From positions 14,266 through 78,265 of the forward strand of contig JBHLPR010000003.1 of the NCBI GenBank assembly GCA_048939245.1: 64,000 nucleotides of DNA, read 5' to 3'. Numbering within the stretch: position 1 is the stretch's first letter; every line of letters begins with the position of its first letter. Below the pieces are notes generated by a model, which did no database searches, was not told where the DNA came from, and was given only the letters and a program-made list of their open reading frames with translations. The stretch comes from Promethearchaeota archaeon. GTDB lineage: Archaea > Asgardarchaeota > Hermodarchaeia > Hermodarchaeales > Hermodarchaeaceae. This document shows, in pieces, positions 38,727-47,516 of this stretch. The position numbers were made by a program, and so were the translations under genes.

Positions 38727-40133
38727 TCAACCGAGAATGAACCGTTGACCAATTCTAGGGGCTATTGCAGGGCATCTAAGAAGACCTTTGGCAGTATTTG
38801 CTAGACTCTTACAGGCTCCAGGACTCCCATGAATACAAAACACGGTTTGTGGAGGATTTCGCCGAAGGGAAGCAAGAAATTCCTTTAATTCATTCTTATC
38901 CGCGTGAGCTGAAAACCCGTACAAACGTTCAACTTGCGTCTTTACCCTTTTTTTGCGTCCATATATTGTTACAGTTCTAGCACCGCGAACTATCTGCTGA
39001 CCCAGAGTTCTAGGGGCTTGAAAGCCGATTACCAGTAAGTGGGTGTTTTTGTTTTCGATGCGACGATAAAGGTGCCTAAGGATGCGTCCTCCGTTCATCA
39101 TTCCCGAACCTGCAACAATCATGATTGGTCCTTGTTGCTGGCTAAGCTGGTCGCTTTCATATTGGCGTTCCACAAACTGGAGACCTTTAAACTCCAGAGG
39201 GGCGTCACCAGATTGTATCAAATCCCAGGTTTCTTCATCAAAACATTCTCTATGGTGTGTGAAAATCTCTGTGGCCCTAATAGCTAAGGGGGAATCAATA
39301 GCAACTGGAATAACTGGGACACGAGCATTTTCTACAAGTAAGTTGAGTGCATAGATGAGCGCTTGGGTCCGGCCAATAGCAAAAGCGGGAACCAAAATGT
39401 GGCTTCGATGACGATACGCTTTTACAATAATTCGCTCAAAACGTCTAATGGTTTTTGAAAAAGGTTCATGAGTACGATTAGCATATGTCGATTCGCATAG
39501 AAGGTAGGTCGCACTATCAGGAAAATCCGGATCTCGAATTATTGGTGCATTCTTCCGTCCAATATCTCCCGAATCAACAAGATGGATAATTTTTCCTCGC
39601 TCTTCTGCCCACACTTCAATAATGGATGATCCCAGTATGTGTCCGGCATCTCGAAATCGGAGCGTCACATTTCCTGGAAGACTCTTCTTTTCACCATATT
39701 TCAGAATACGCAATTTGTTGATAGTTCGTTCTACATCTCGAATTGTAAATAATGGCTCAATTGAAGGATGATGGTTGCTCTTCGACTCGCTCTGATGAAT
39801 TCTGGCTCTGGCAGCATCTTCTTCCTCGCTTTCTGCAACATCTTGAAGAAGCATTGAGCAAAGCTCCGCGGTCGCTGCAGTCACATAGATCGGTCCTTGA
39901 AAACCTAATCGAACAAGAATTGGTAAGCGACCGCAATGATCGAGGTGTGCATGGGATAGAATTACAAAATCAATTTCAGATGGATCGAATTCAAAGGAAC
40001 TGTTCCGTTGGTATTGTTTTGCTGGGTTACCTTGGAAGAGTCCACAATCAATAAGAAACGAAGTTGATTTTGTCTTAATGTGGTAAAGACTCCCAGTTAC
40101 AGTCTGTCCAGCCCCATGAATCACTAGTTCCAA
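38727..40133 (-). CDS. beta-CASP ribonuclease of the metallo-beta-lactamase fold (aCPSF/RNase J-like)
   Basis: ILSHAHLDHCGRLP (HxHxDH), later D and H metal ligands, C-terminal beta-CASP/RMMBL pattern. 468 aa. Confidence 0.75.
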   Translation of the reverse strand: MELVIHGAGQTVTGSLYHIKTKSTSFLIDCGLFQGNPAKQYQRNSSFEFDPSEIDFVILSHAHLDHCGRLPILVRLGFQGPIYVTAATAELCSMLLQDVAESEEEDAARARIHQSESKSNHHPSIEPLFTIRDVERTINKLRILKYGEKKSLPGNVTLRFRDAGHILGSSIIEVWAEERGKIIHLVDSGDIGRKNAPIIRDPDFPDSATYLLCESTYANRTHEPFSKTIRRFERIIVKAYRHRSHILVPAFAIGRTQALIYALNLLVENARVPVIPVAIDSPLAIRATEIFTHHRECFDEETWDLIQSGDAPLEFKGLQFVERQYESDQLSQQQGPIMIVAGSGMMNGGRILRHLYRRIENKNTHLLVIGFQAPRTLGQQIVRGARTVTIYGRKKRVKTQVERLYGFSAHADKNELKEFLASLRRNPPQTVFCIHGSPGACKSLANTAKGLLRCPAIAPRIGQRFILG

Positions 40134-40175
40134 GATATCTGGCTCCTCTCAGGTGTAGTAGATAGTACTGAGAAA

Positions 40176-41129
40176 TTAGCCAAAAAGGTCAAACTCAGAG
40201 GATCCACCATTGTTGCCATTCTCTTCTTCATTATCCACAGCTTCTTCCCTTTCTTCTTGTTCTTCTTCTTTGGTCTCATCATTTTCTTTGGGAGGATTCT
40301 GGCTAATCTTGGATAGTTGTTCACGCATGGATTCCATCACAGAAACCGGTTTGTCCTCAGTGGAAGGAGTAACCCCCCTTTCCAGCTGAGTGGATGCAAT
40401 GAATATCTGTCCTTCCGCTGCCAGTTGAGGTTGTTGACCGAAGCATCGAGAAAACGCCTCGATATCTTCTTGAGCTTCTGCTCGAATCTCTGAGAAAAGG
40501 ATAGCATCTCCTTGACAGAAAAACCGCATTTGTAAACGTATAACTGAAACCTGAAATTCATTGGGGCCAATTGGGTTCATAGTGGCCTGTCCGTAACAGT
40601 CAGCTACAGCGAAAAGAACCTTAGTTGCTAGTTGTTCCTCATAGGTTAGTATCCGGCGACGAATTGGAGTTACTTTCCGCACAGGTTCAGGCATAATTGT
40701 CTGCTCAATAACCTCAACCTTATCTTTGAAGGCTTCTTCAAATGTTGATATCTTCTCTTCTTCTTTAACAACAACCAGATACTCTGAAGTCTTCTGATGG
40801 GTATCAAGAAGCTTCTGAAGAAGAGTGGCTTTTGGGCTTTTTAGTTCCCCCGGAACTTCAATGAAGGTCGTACATTTTGTGCCAAAGTGCGTGTCTTCGA
40901 CACGGGTTCCATTCTTCATTATAAATCGCGCTTGACGAAGAGCTGTTGTACGTTGTAGCATTGAAGTTCCTCGTCCGAGCCACACCCAAACGATACCCTC
41001 TGGTTCATCGACAATAAGGATAGATCTTCCATCGACGAGGTGGTTAGGATTCCAGTGGAGCGCTTGCATTTCGCCTCCTTCACCTAGGATTTCAATCATC
41101 CCAATGAATTGTTTCATTTCTCGTATCAC
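40176..41129 (-). CDS. gelsolin-like domain protein with acidic C-terminal tail
   Basis: SILIVDEPEGIVWVWLGRGTSMLQRTTALRQARFIM gelsolin-like signature. C-terminal EEEQEEREEAVDNEEENGNNGGSSEFDLFG. Confidence 0.5.
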   Translation of the reverse strand: MIREMKQFIGMIEILGEGGEMQALHWNPNHLVDGRSILIVDEPEGIVWVWLGRGTSMLQRTTALRQARFIMKNGTRVEDTHFGTKCTTFIEVPGELKSPKATLLQKLLDTHQKTSEYLVVVKEEEKISTFEEAFKDKVEVIEQTIMPEPVRKVTPIRRRILTYEEQLATKVLFAVADCYGQATMNPIGPNEFQVSVIRLQMRFFCQGDAILFSEIRAEAQEDIEAFSRCFGQQPQLAAEGQIFIASTQLERGVTPSTEDKPVSVMESMREQLSKISQNPPKENDETKEEEQEEREEAVDNEEENGNNGGSSEFDLFG

Positions 41130-41214
41130 CGGAAGAAAATATCACGCTTATGCAGCCACACATGGTGAACCTTCACTACATATCAGGGAACGAGGTCTAT
41201 AAGAAATTGTTGTG

Positions 41215-42504
41215 TCACGCTTTTTTCTTTCGAACCTCAGCAAGGATTTCTTGGGCTCGATCAAATCGAACACGTTTTTCAGCAATCATCTGCTTTGCAA
41301 CTTGGTCAACTTCTTCACCCGCGGCTCCGGCTGCTACTGCCACATTTCGGGCATGAAGTTTCATGTGTCCAGTTTGAATTCCTTCTTGACTTAGCGCTCG
41401 TAAAGCCGCAAGGTTTTGTGCTAATCCCACACTAGCAATAATCTGTGCGAGTTCAGTTGCTTTTTTCACACCTAATATTTTTACACAAAGCTTGGCTATT
41501 GGGTGGGTTCTGGTCGCTCCACCCACTAATCCAACTGCCATTGGCAACTCGATGGTTCCCCGTAAATCACCTTCTGGCGTTTTATTGTACTGGGTAAGCG
41601 ATTGATAACCTCCCTCTCGTGTTGCGGCGTAGGTATGGGCTCCCGCTTCAATAGCTCGGAAATCTTGACCAGTGGATAACAAGACGGCATCGATTCCATT
41701 CATGATGCCCTTATTATGAGTGGCACATCTGTAGGGGTCAGCCTGGGCAAAAGCGTAAGCCTTCAGGATCCCATCAACCCCCTTCGAACCGCCAAGAGTC
41801 TTGGCGGGGAATATTGCTTCGGCTTTCGCAAGTCGATAGACGGCTAGATTGGACAAAATTCGAAGGTAGACCTTCCCCTTTGTGAGCTCCTCGATTATGG
41901 GCGCTAATGCTTCACACATCGTATTCACTGCATTTGCCCCCATCGCGTCGCGCGTATCAACCAATAGATGAATAATAAGCATAGGGCCCATCATCGATTC
42001 CAAAGTTCGTAACTGTAAATCCAGTGCGCCTCCCCCAAATTTCACTAAGATAGGATCTTGTCTATTTGCCACCATTAACAAATTCTCTTTCTGTTTAAGA
42101 ATCGCTTGTTTAGCAACTTTCACATCGGGTAAGTCGGCGACTTGGATTTGTCCTATCATCACTGGATCCGTGGTTCTTGCTGTAAATCCTCCAGTTTTAC
42201 GCGCCATTCGTGCAGCATTTGATGCTGCCGCAACAACGGATGGTTCTTCCAATGCCATTGGTATGAGGTAGTCTTTTCCATTTATCTGGAAATTTGTCGC
42301 TATGCCCAAGGGAAACGCGTAGGAACCCACTACGTTCTCAATCATCCGATCAGCGGTAGCTGCGTCTAGGCCACCAAAGGCCTTTAACAGAGCCACTTCC
42401 TCATCCGAAAGATCTGCAAAGGTACGAAGCTTTTCAAGCCGTTCTTGGATGGAGAGACGGTAGAATCCACTAATAGCGGAGGTTTTTTTTGACACGATAT
42501 TCAC
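41215..42504 (-). CDS. hmgA: HMG-CoA reductase, class II
   Basis: ENVVGSYAFPLGIATNFQINGKDYLIPMALEEPSVVAAASNAA closely parallels the class II (P. mevalonii-type) ENVIG...NFQING...EEPS block. DAMGAN present. 429 aa. Confidence 0.85.
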   Translation of the reverse strand: MNIVSKKTSAISGFYRLSIQERLEKLRTFADLSDEEVALLKAFGGLDAATADRMIENVVGSYAFPLGIATNFQINGKDYLIPMALEEPSVVAAASNAARMARKTGGFTARTTDPVMIGQIQVADLPDVKVAKQAILKQKENLLMVANRQDPILVKFGGGALDLQLRTLESMMGPMLIIHLLVDTRDAMGANAVNTMCEALAPIIEELTKGKVYLRILSNLAVYRLAKAEAIFPAKTLGGSKGVDGILKAYAFAQADPYRCATHNKGIMNGIDAVLLSTGQDFRAIEAGAHTYAATREGGYQSLTQYNKTPEGDLRGTIELPMAVGLVGGATRTHPIAKLCVKILGVKKATELAQIIASVGLAQNLAALRALSQEGIQTGHMKLHARNVAVAAGAAGEEVDQVAKQMIAEKRVRFDRAQEILAEVRKKKA

Positions 42505-42599
42505 TTCATCGTGTCTCTGCTATGGGTTGACTTATCAAACTTTCTTCCTGTGCTACAGAATCAACTTATTCAGAGAATGTCGATGAACGAGAAAGGTTT

Positions 42600-43109
42600 C
42601 TATTTTTCTCGGAGTTCCCAAATACAAGAATCTGCGCCCCAGGTTTTGCACTGAACCTCTTCGCATTCACTACTAAACCCGCGGAGTGTGAGTACGTGTT
42701 GAAATACACCACTTAGAATATTGCAATACTTCAATCCATCAAATTCCTCAGACATCCGAATATTTTGACAGATTGGGCAGTCTTTGAAGATGTAGACGAT
42801 TTTCCTTTCGGCTTCATCATAATATGCCTCATCGAAGGCTCTGCCCAACATTACTCGCGTTGCAAGGGTAAAGGTATCAAGGAAACCATCAAAGGTAGTG
42901 GCATGCTGGCCAATAGTATCGCTATATTCAAATAGTAAAGTCTCAGCCATGGCATTGCCTAAGCGTAGTAGCTTCTCATTTGCGAGGTTAACGTCGCCTT
43001 TAGTCGTAAGCAAAATGTCGTCAATCACTGCTGCAACCAAAGCTTGGAATGCATTAAGTGAGGTTTTTTCCATCTTAAAATGCCAACCGATCCAACCTTT
43101 GACACCCAT
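42600..43109 (-). CDS. V4R-domain protein (Bet3/TRAPP-like fold)
   Basis: C-terminal ...DCPICQNIRMSEEF...YCNILSGVFQHVL...CKTWGADSCIWEL matches the V4R cysteine pattern (C..C ... C..G.d.C.fe.). Confidence 0.5.
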   Translation of the reverse strand: MGVKGWIGWHFKMEKTSLNAFQALVAAVIDDILLTTKGDVNLANEKLLRLGNAMAETLLFEYSDTIGQHATTFDGFLDTFTLATRVMLGRAFDEAYYDEAERKIVYIFKDCPICQNIRMSEEFDGLKYCNILSGVFQHVLTLRGFSSECEEVQCKTWGADSCIWELREK

Positions 43110-43174
43110 TTAATTCACCACATATTTGTTCTTCACAATTAGCGTTATCAATCATTCGTTCATGGGGTTTGGTA

Positions 43175-43699
43175 CTAAACACGTTTTTCGAAATCTACAA
43201 GACCCCGCTTTTGCAGGTCTAAAAGCATCCGCATGGCAATGAAAAACTGTAATCCCATTTTTTCTCCAATCTCTTGGAGGGTTGCTTTTCCATCACATAA
43301 ACTAAGCATACGAAATTCTGTAATCGACAGTTTCTGCTTCTCCAAATCGGCAATAACCCGAGGGACAATTCGTCGGCTTTTTGTTCCCACCATGGGGGGT
43401 CTTGTTGGAGGTGCTGGTTGAGGTACAGCACCGGGTTGGGCTTTTGTTATTTCTACCTCATTTGCTGCATGAATCTCAGATACTTCATGACCCCGTTCGA
43501 CAAGATCCTGATCTAGGTAAATGGTGATGACATGGGACGGCTCACCATGAACATATGAATAGGGGAATGGAAAGACTGTTTGTCGCTCAATGATATCCGG
43601 CGGGACGTCTATCGCAATGTATGCCTTACACATCTCACAATAGGTGTAAACGACTGGCATCGACGAGCTCCCAGGATTTTTACCGAGTATATAGCACAA
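43175..43699 (-). CDS. hypothetical protein with probable C-terminal winged-helix domain
   Basis: 174 aa. C-terminal LSITEFRMLSLCDGKATLQEIGEKMGLQFFIAMRMLLDLQKRGLV is HTH-like. Pro-rich linker. N-domain unknown. Confidence 0.35.
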   Translation of the reverse strand: MCYILGKNPGSSSMPVVYTYCEMCKAYIAIDVPPDIIERQTVFPFPYSYVHGEPSHVITIYLDQDLVERGHEVSEIHAANEVEITKAQPGAVPQPAPPTRPPMVGTKSRRIVPRVIADLEKQKLSITEFRMLSLCDGKATLQEIGEKMGLQFFIAMRMLLDLQKRGLVDFEKRV

Positions 43700-43787
43700 G
43701 AACCGTTCTTAACGTTTCCTTCTAAAATACTTTAAGTCGGTAGAAATTCCAGTAAATCTTGAAAGTGCAAGAAGACGAATGCTCGTA

Positions 43788-45083
43788 TTAATCAGTTGCA
43801 TAGACAGCAATTTTATTGGCATCATGAAAGACGTGGATTTTCGATGCAGAATCATTTTCGAGCCACATATCAACAATCTTCTGTGGCTTTGTTACATAAG
43901 AAATATGAGCCGTTTCCACTTGTGTTTGATTTAGCGTGGTGTATAGCCAAATATGACGTAATCGCTGAATGAGCTCACCAAATTTCCAGCTCTTGTGAGT
44001 GTATAGGCGGTACTGTTTTCGAATTTTCGCCATCATTTCTGGAAGGGGCATAATGAGATAATCATAGAAGAATTCGCGAGCCGTTGGAGTCGGAGCAATC
44101 CCCTTTGGGCATTCAGCTAAAAGAAGCACTTCTCCATTATCACGAACCGCGTTCTTAGTGAGTTCAAGTCCCCGTTGTGCATTATATAGACTCTCGTCTT
44201 GGGGACTTCCCCCTGGAGTGACAATGATATGATCTGTCGCTGGGACGGTAAAAGAGGCCGTTTTGTCAATGGTCTGGAATCCTTCACTAGTGACTCGTTG
44301 TAATTCACCACTTTTCGACCATATGATATAGGGTCCGCTAGTCACCATTGCCAGAAGAAACGCTGGTCGGTCAGTCAGAATCATATTCATTCCTTCTAGC
44401 ATATCCTCGGCTACTGGATTTGTTCGACGGTTCGGGTTGGGGTGAAACGGATGTCGGCCAAATGTGGATTCGGGTTCTAAAGCGAGGCTATGGTTGGCTT
44501 CAATTGTATTAAAATCACAAATGCCTGGCAAGAAGTTCTTGAGAACATTAGAGTATCCGGCAAAATAATGATTCTTCATATCTGCTGCGATAACAAACGC
44601 GTCGGTTTCAAGCGCTTCTTTATTAACACGAACCTCTGTTCCACGACTAGTGGTACCCATAAGCTCACATGGTGATCGAAGGGCGTCATGAACTATGACA
44701 CGATAGCTGTCAAGATCATTAGTTTTACAGCTGCTATGAATCGCTTGAATAATTTCTTGATTGCGCGCGCTATGAGGTTCATGCGAACCTGTTGCTAATA
44801 TGAAGTTAACAGCCTTTGCACTCTTGAAGTGCGGGGTTAGTTCTTTGAGGATGATTTCGTGAGGTTCTGCTCGTGTTCCATCTTCTACTAAAACACACAC
44901 GCGACGATTTGCTACAGTTTCTGCGAGAGAAATACCGATTGGTGTCTCGAGGGAGGTTCGAAGGGATCCCGCAATATCTTTCGATGCATCCTGCTTGCGT
45001 GGTTGAATAACCTCACCAATATTTTCATCAGGGATTTGTAACTGGATATTTCCTTGACCATAACGAAGTTGAAGCTCTGGCAT
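43788..45083 (-). CDS. LarA-family (lactate racemase-like, DUF2088) nickel-pincer enzyme homolog
   Basis: N-terminus MPELQLRYGQGNIQLQIPDENIGEVIQP follows the LarA start pattern (M.v.lpyG.g...v.iPd.n...v..p). 431 aa, typical size. Confidence 0.6.
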   Translation of the reverse strand: MPELQLRYGQGNIQLQIPDENIGEVIQPRKQDASKDIAGSLRTSLETPIGISLAETVANRRVCVLVEDGTRAEPHEIILKELTPHFKSAKAVNFILATGSHEPHSARNQEIIQAIHSSCKTNDLDSYRVIVHDALRSPCELMGTTSRGTEVRVNKEALETDAFVIAADMKNHYFAGYSNVLKNFLPGICDFNTIEANHSLALEPESTFGRHPFHPNPNRRTNPVAEDMLEGMNMILTDRPAFLLAMVTSGPYIIWSKSGELQRVTSEGFQTIDKTASFTVPATDHIIVTPGGSPQDESLYNAQRGLELTKNAVRDNGEVLLLAECPKGIAPTPTAREFFYDYLIMPLPEMMAKIRKQYRLYTHKSWKFGELIQRLRHIWLYTTLNQTQVETAHISYVTKPQKIVDMWLENDSASKIHVFHDANKIAVYATD

Positions 45084-45089
45084 AAGCTC

Positions 45090-46646
45090 TCAGGTGTCCA
45101 GTGCGCTCAGTTGTGAAAAAACCTTTGCCTTATCTAAGGCTTGGTAAGTCGCCGTTTGAACCCGATAGAGTTTATCGTAGCGTTTCGCGAGGGCCTTCGA
45201 AGGTTGATAGTGCTCTCCAACTGCGATCATCGCCTCAGCTGCCTGACTAACATCCCGATAGATGCCGCCGCCGGTGGCGGCAAGAACAGCTGCTCCTAAG
45301 GCCGTTGCTTCTTCTATTTGGCTTCGTTGGACTTGCAATTGAGTGATATCTGATTGAATCTGATTCCAGATTGTGCTGCGAGTTGCTCCACCTGTCAATC
45401 GTAGCTCTTTCACCTTAATCCCTAAACTCTGCATAGTTTCAAGGTTACGGCGAACTTCAAACGCGGTTCCTTCCATAATTGCCCTAATGATATCTGAACG
45501 TGAATGGCCTAAGGCGAGCCCAGTAATTACACCGCGTGCCTCTGGATTCCAATATGGAGCCCCTGCACCCACAAAATGCGGTAAGATCACAATCCCTCTT
45601 GCTCCTGGCGGAGACTGGCTTGCTTGATTATTCATGAGCTCATAAGCATCTGAATCCAATAATTTGGCTAGCTGTTTCTCTTCTTGCCCAAACTGATCTC
45701 GGAACCAGCGATAGATAATACCGGTGGTGAAAATACTTGCTTCGATCACCCAGCGGTCAGGAACAGCATGGCAACTACATAAGAGACGGTGTTGTGGGTC
45801 AAAAAGGGGCTGTTTTTCAAAGGCTAGAATAAAGGTTCCAGTTCCAATGGTGGCTTTCACACGGCCTGGTTTGACTACGCCTACACCCACTGCTCCACAT
45901 TGTTGATCGCCACCTCCTACAATGACAGGCAATCCTTTGGGAAGTCCTGTGGTTTTTGCTGCACTATTAGTAATTTCAGAAAGGTTTGTACCTGATGGAT
46001 ACGCTTTTGGAAGTTTCTCTTTCGGGATTTCAAGCTGGTCACACATCAAATTAGACCAGTCTAATTTTTGAACCGAAAAGAGCATTGTTCGTGAAGCGTT
46101 ACTATAATCTGTTGCAAATTCTCCTGTTAATCGATGTAGAATAAAATCGTGTACCAGGAGGAATTTGTGAGTTTTTTGAAAGAGTTGAGGTGTTTCATGT
46201 TTGAACCAGAGAATCTTTGGTGCGGAAAAATAGGGGTCGATGGTTAAGCCGGTCTCATTATACACCGTATCAATTCCAAGTTCACTCCGAATTTTCTGGC
46301 ATTGGGGGGTTGTTCGTCGATCCTGCCATACCAGCGCTTTATGAAGTGGGGTTCCGTGTTGATCTACGGGAACTATGGTCTCGCGTTGATTCGTGATACT
46401 TACGGCTATGAGGGCATCAACCTTTTTGCCAAGGTGGCTTACAGTGGCTTGAGTGGTGCTGCAGGTGGTTTGCCACCAATCCTCTGCATTCTGTTCTACC
46501 CATGCTGGACGGGGGAAAAACGAAGAATATTCCTGGTGGGTCTGTGTAATGAGTGCTCCTGTCTTTGCATCGAATACGGCGGTTCGAGTCCCACTCGTAC
46601 CCACATCAATCGCCATCACAAGCTGTGAATTGGTCAACCTGAACAC
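45090..46646 (-). CDS. FGGY-family carbohydrate kinase (glycerol kinase/xylulokinase-like)
   Basis: MAIDVGTSGTRTAVFD N-terminal phosphate-1 motif, GGGDQQCGAVGVG, C-terminal GGATRS.IW motif. Confidence 0.8.
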   Translation of the reverse strand: MFRLTNSQLVMAIDVGTSGTRTAVFDAKTGALITQTHQEYSSFFPRPAWVEQNAEDWWQTTCSTTQATVSHLGKKVDALIAVSITNQRETIVPVDQHGTPLHKALVWQDRRTTPQCQKIRSELGIDTVYNETGLTIDPYFSAPKILWFKHETPQLFQKTHKFLLVHDFILHRLTGEFATDYSNASRTMLFSVQKLDWSNLMCDQLEIPKEKLPKAYPSGTNLSEITNSAAKTTGLPKGLPVIVGGGDQQCGAVGVGVVKPGRVKATIGTGTFILAFEKQPLFDPQHRLLCSCHAVPDRWVIEASIFTTGIIYRWFRDQFGQEEKQLAKLLDSDAYELMNNQASQSPPGARGIVILPHFVGAGAPYWNPEARGVITGLALGHSRSDIIRAIMEGTAFEVRRNLETMQSLGIKVKELRLTGGATRSTIWNQIQSDITQLQVQRSQIEEATALGAAVLAATGGGIYRDVSQAAEAMIAVGEHYQPSKALAKRYDKLYRVQTATYQALDKAKVFSQLSALDT

Positions 46647-46725
46647 ACCATCTTACCCTGCTCTGTTAAAAGATATAACTTGTATTGGCCCCGAACCACC
46701 CACAGGTTTATGTCTACTCATGTGA

Positions 46726-47511
46726 TTGGCTTGTTTAACAGGTGTCTGTTCGTTGATAAGCAACCAAATCCAACAGGCCGCTGAGATAATTATTCGTTCA
46801 AGGTCCGCTGTTGCCCTTACTGGTGCAGGGGTGTCAACGAGAAGCGGGATTCCAGATTTTCGTGGTCCAACTGGTCTTTGGACGAAAGTTAATCCTGCAA
46901 AATTTGCTAGTATAGACGGATTCATGAATGATCCCAAGGCTTGGTGGGAAATGGCATTAGAGTTGGCACCTACATTTATGAATGCTAAGCCAAACCCCGC
47001 TCATTTGAAATTAGCAGAGCTCGAGAAAATGGGTTTCTTGGACTGGGTTATTACACAGAATGTAGATGGGTTACATCAACAGGCAGGAAGCCAAAATGTG
47101 CTTGAAGTCCACGGAAGCCTATTTAGTGGCACATGTACTCTCTGTTGTTATCAAGTGGACCGTAAGTTCTTAGAAAAAGCCATGAAAAAACGGCAAATCC
47201 CGGTAATGTGTCCTAGTTGTGGTGGGTTAGTGAAGTTAGATGCAGTGTTTTTTGGCGAAGCTTTACCGCAAAAAGAATTAGCCACTGCCATTGAATCCGT
47301 GCGAAAGTGCCAGTTAATGTTAGCAGTAGGTTCGTACTTAGTTGTCTATCCTGTTGCTTCTCTTCCCACAATCGCCCAGCAAAGTGGGGCGCAGCTCATT
47401 ATTATTAATCAGGAACCTACTCCCTTTGATTCGGTTGCCAATCTTGTTTTTACGGCTGAGGCTGGAGAAACCTTATCCGCTATTGTGGAGGCAGTTCGAA
47501 AACTCAAATGA
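46726..47511 (+). CDS. cobB: Sir2-family NAD-dependent protein deacylase (sirtuin)
   Basis: GAGVSTRSGIPDFRG, QNVDGLHQQAG, zinc ribbon CTLCC...CPSCGG, VLEVHGS. Confidence 0.85.
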   Translation: MACLTGVCSLISNQIQQAAEIIIRSRSAVALTGAGVSTRSGIPDFRGPTGLWTKVNPAKFASIDGFMNDPKAWWEMALELAPTFMNAKPNPAHLKLAELEKMGFLDWVITQNVDGLHQQAGSQNVLEVHGSLFSGTCTLCCYQVDRKFLEKAMKKRQIPVMCPSCGGLVKLDAVFFGEALPQKELATAIESVRKCQLMLAVGSYLVVYPVASLPTIAQQSGAQLIIINQEPTPFDSVANLVFTAEAGETLSAIVEAVRKLK

Positions 47512-47516
47512 ATTTA

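Noticed and set aside
46571-46600. GGTTCGAGTCC, a tRNA T-arm-like motif
   Set aside because: It lies inside the FGGY kinase ORF and encodes its N-terminal MAIDVGTSGTRTA on the minus strand. No flanking acceptor/anticodon stem structure. Coincidental.
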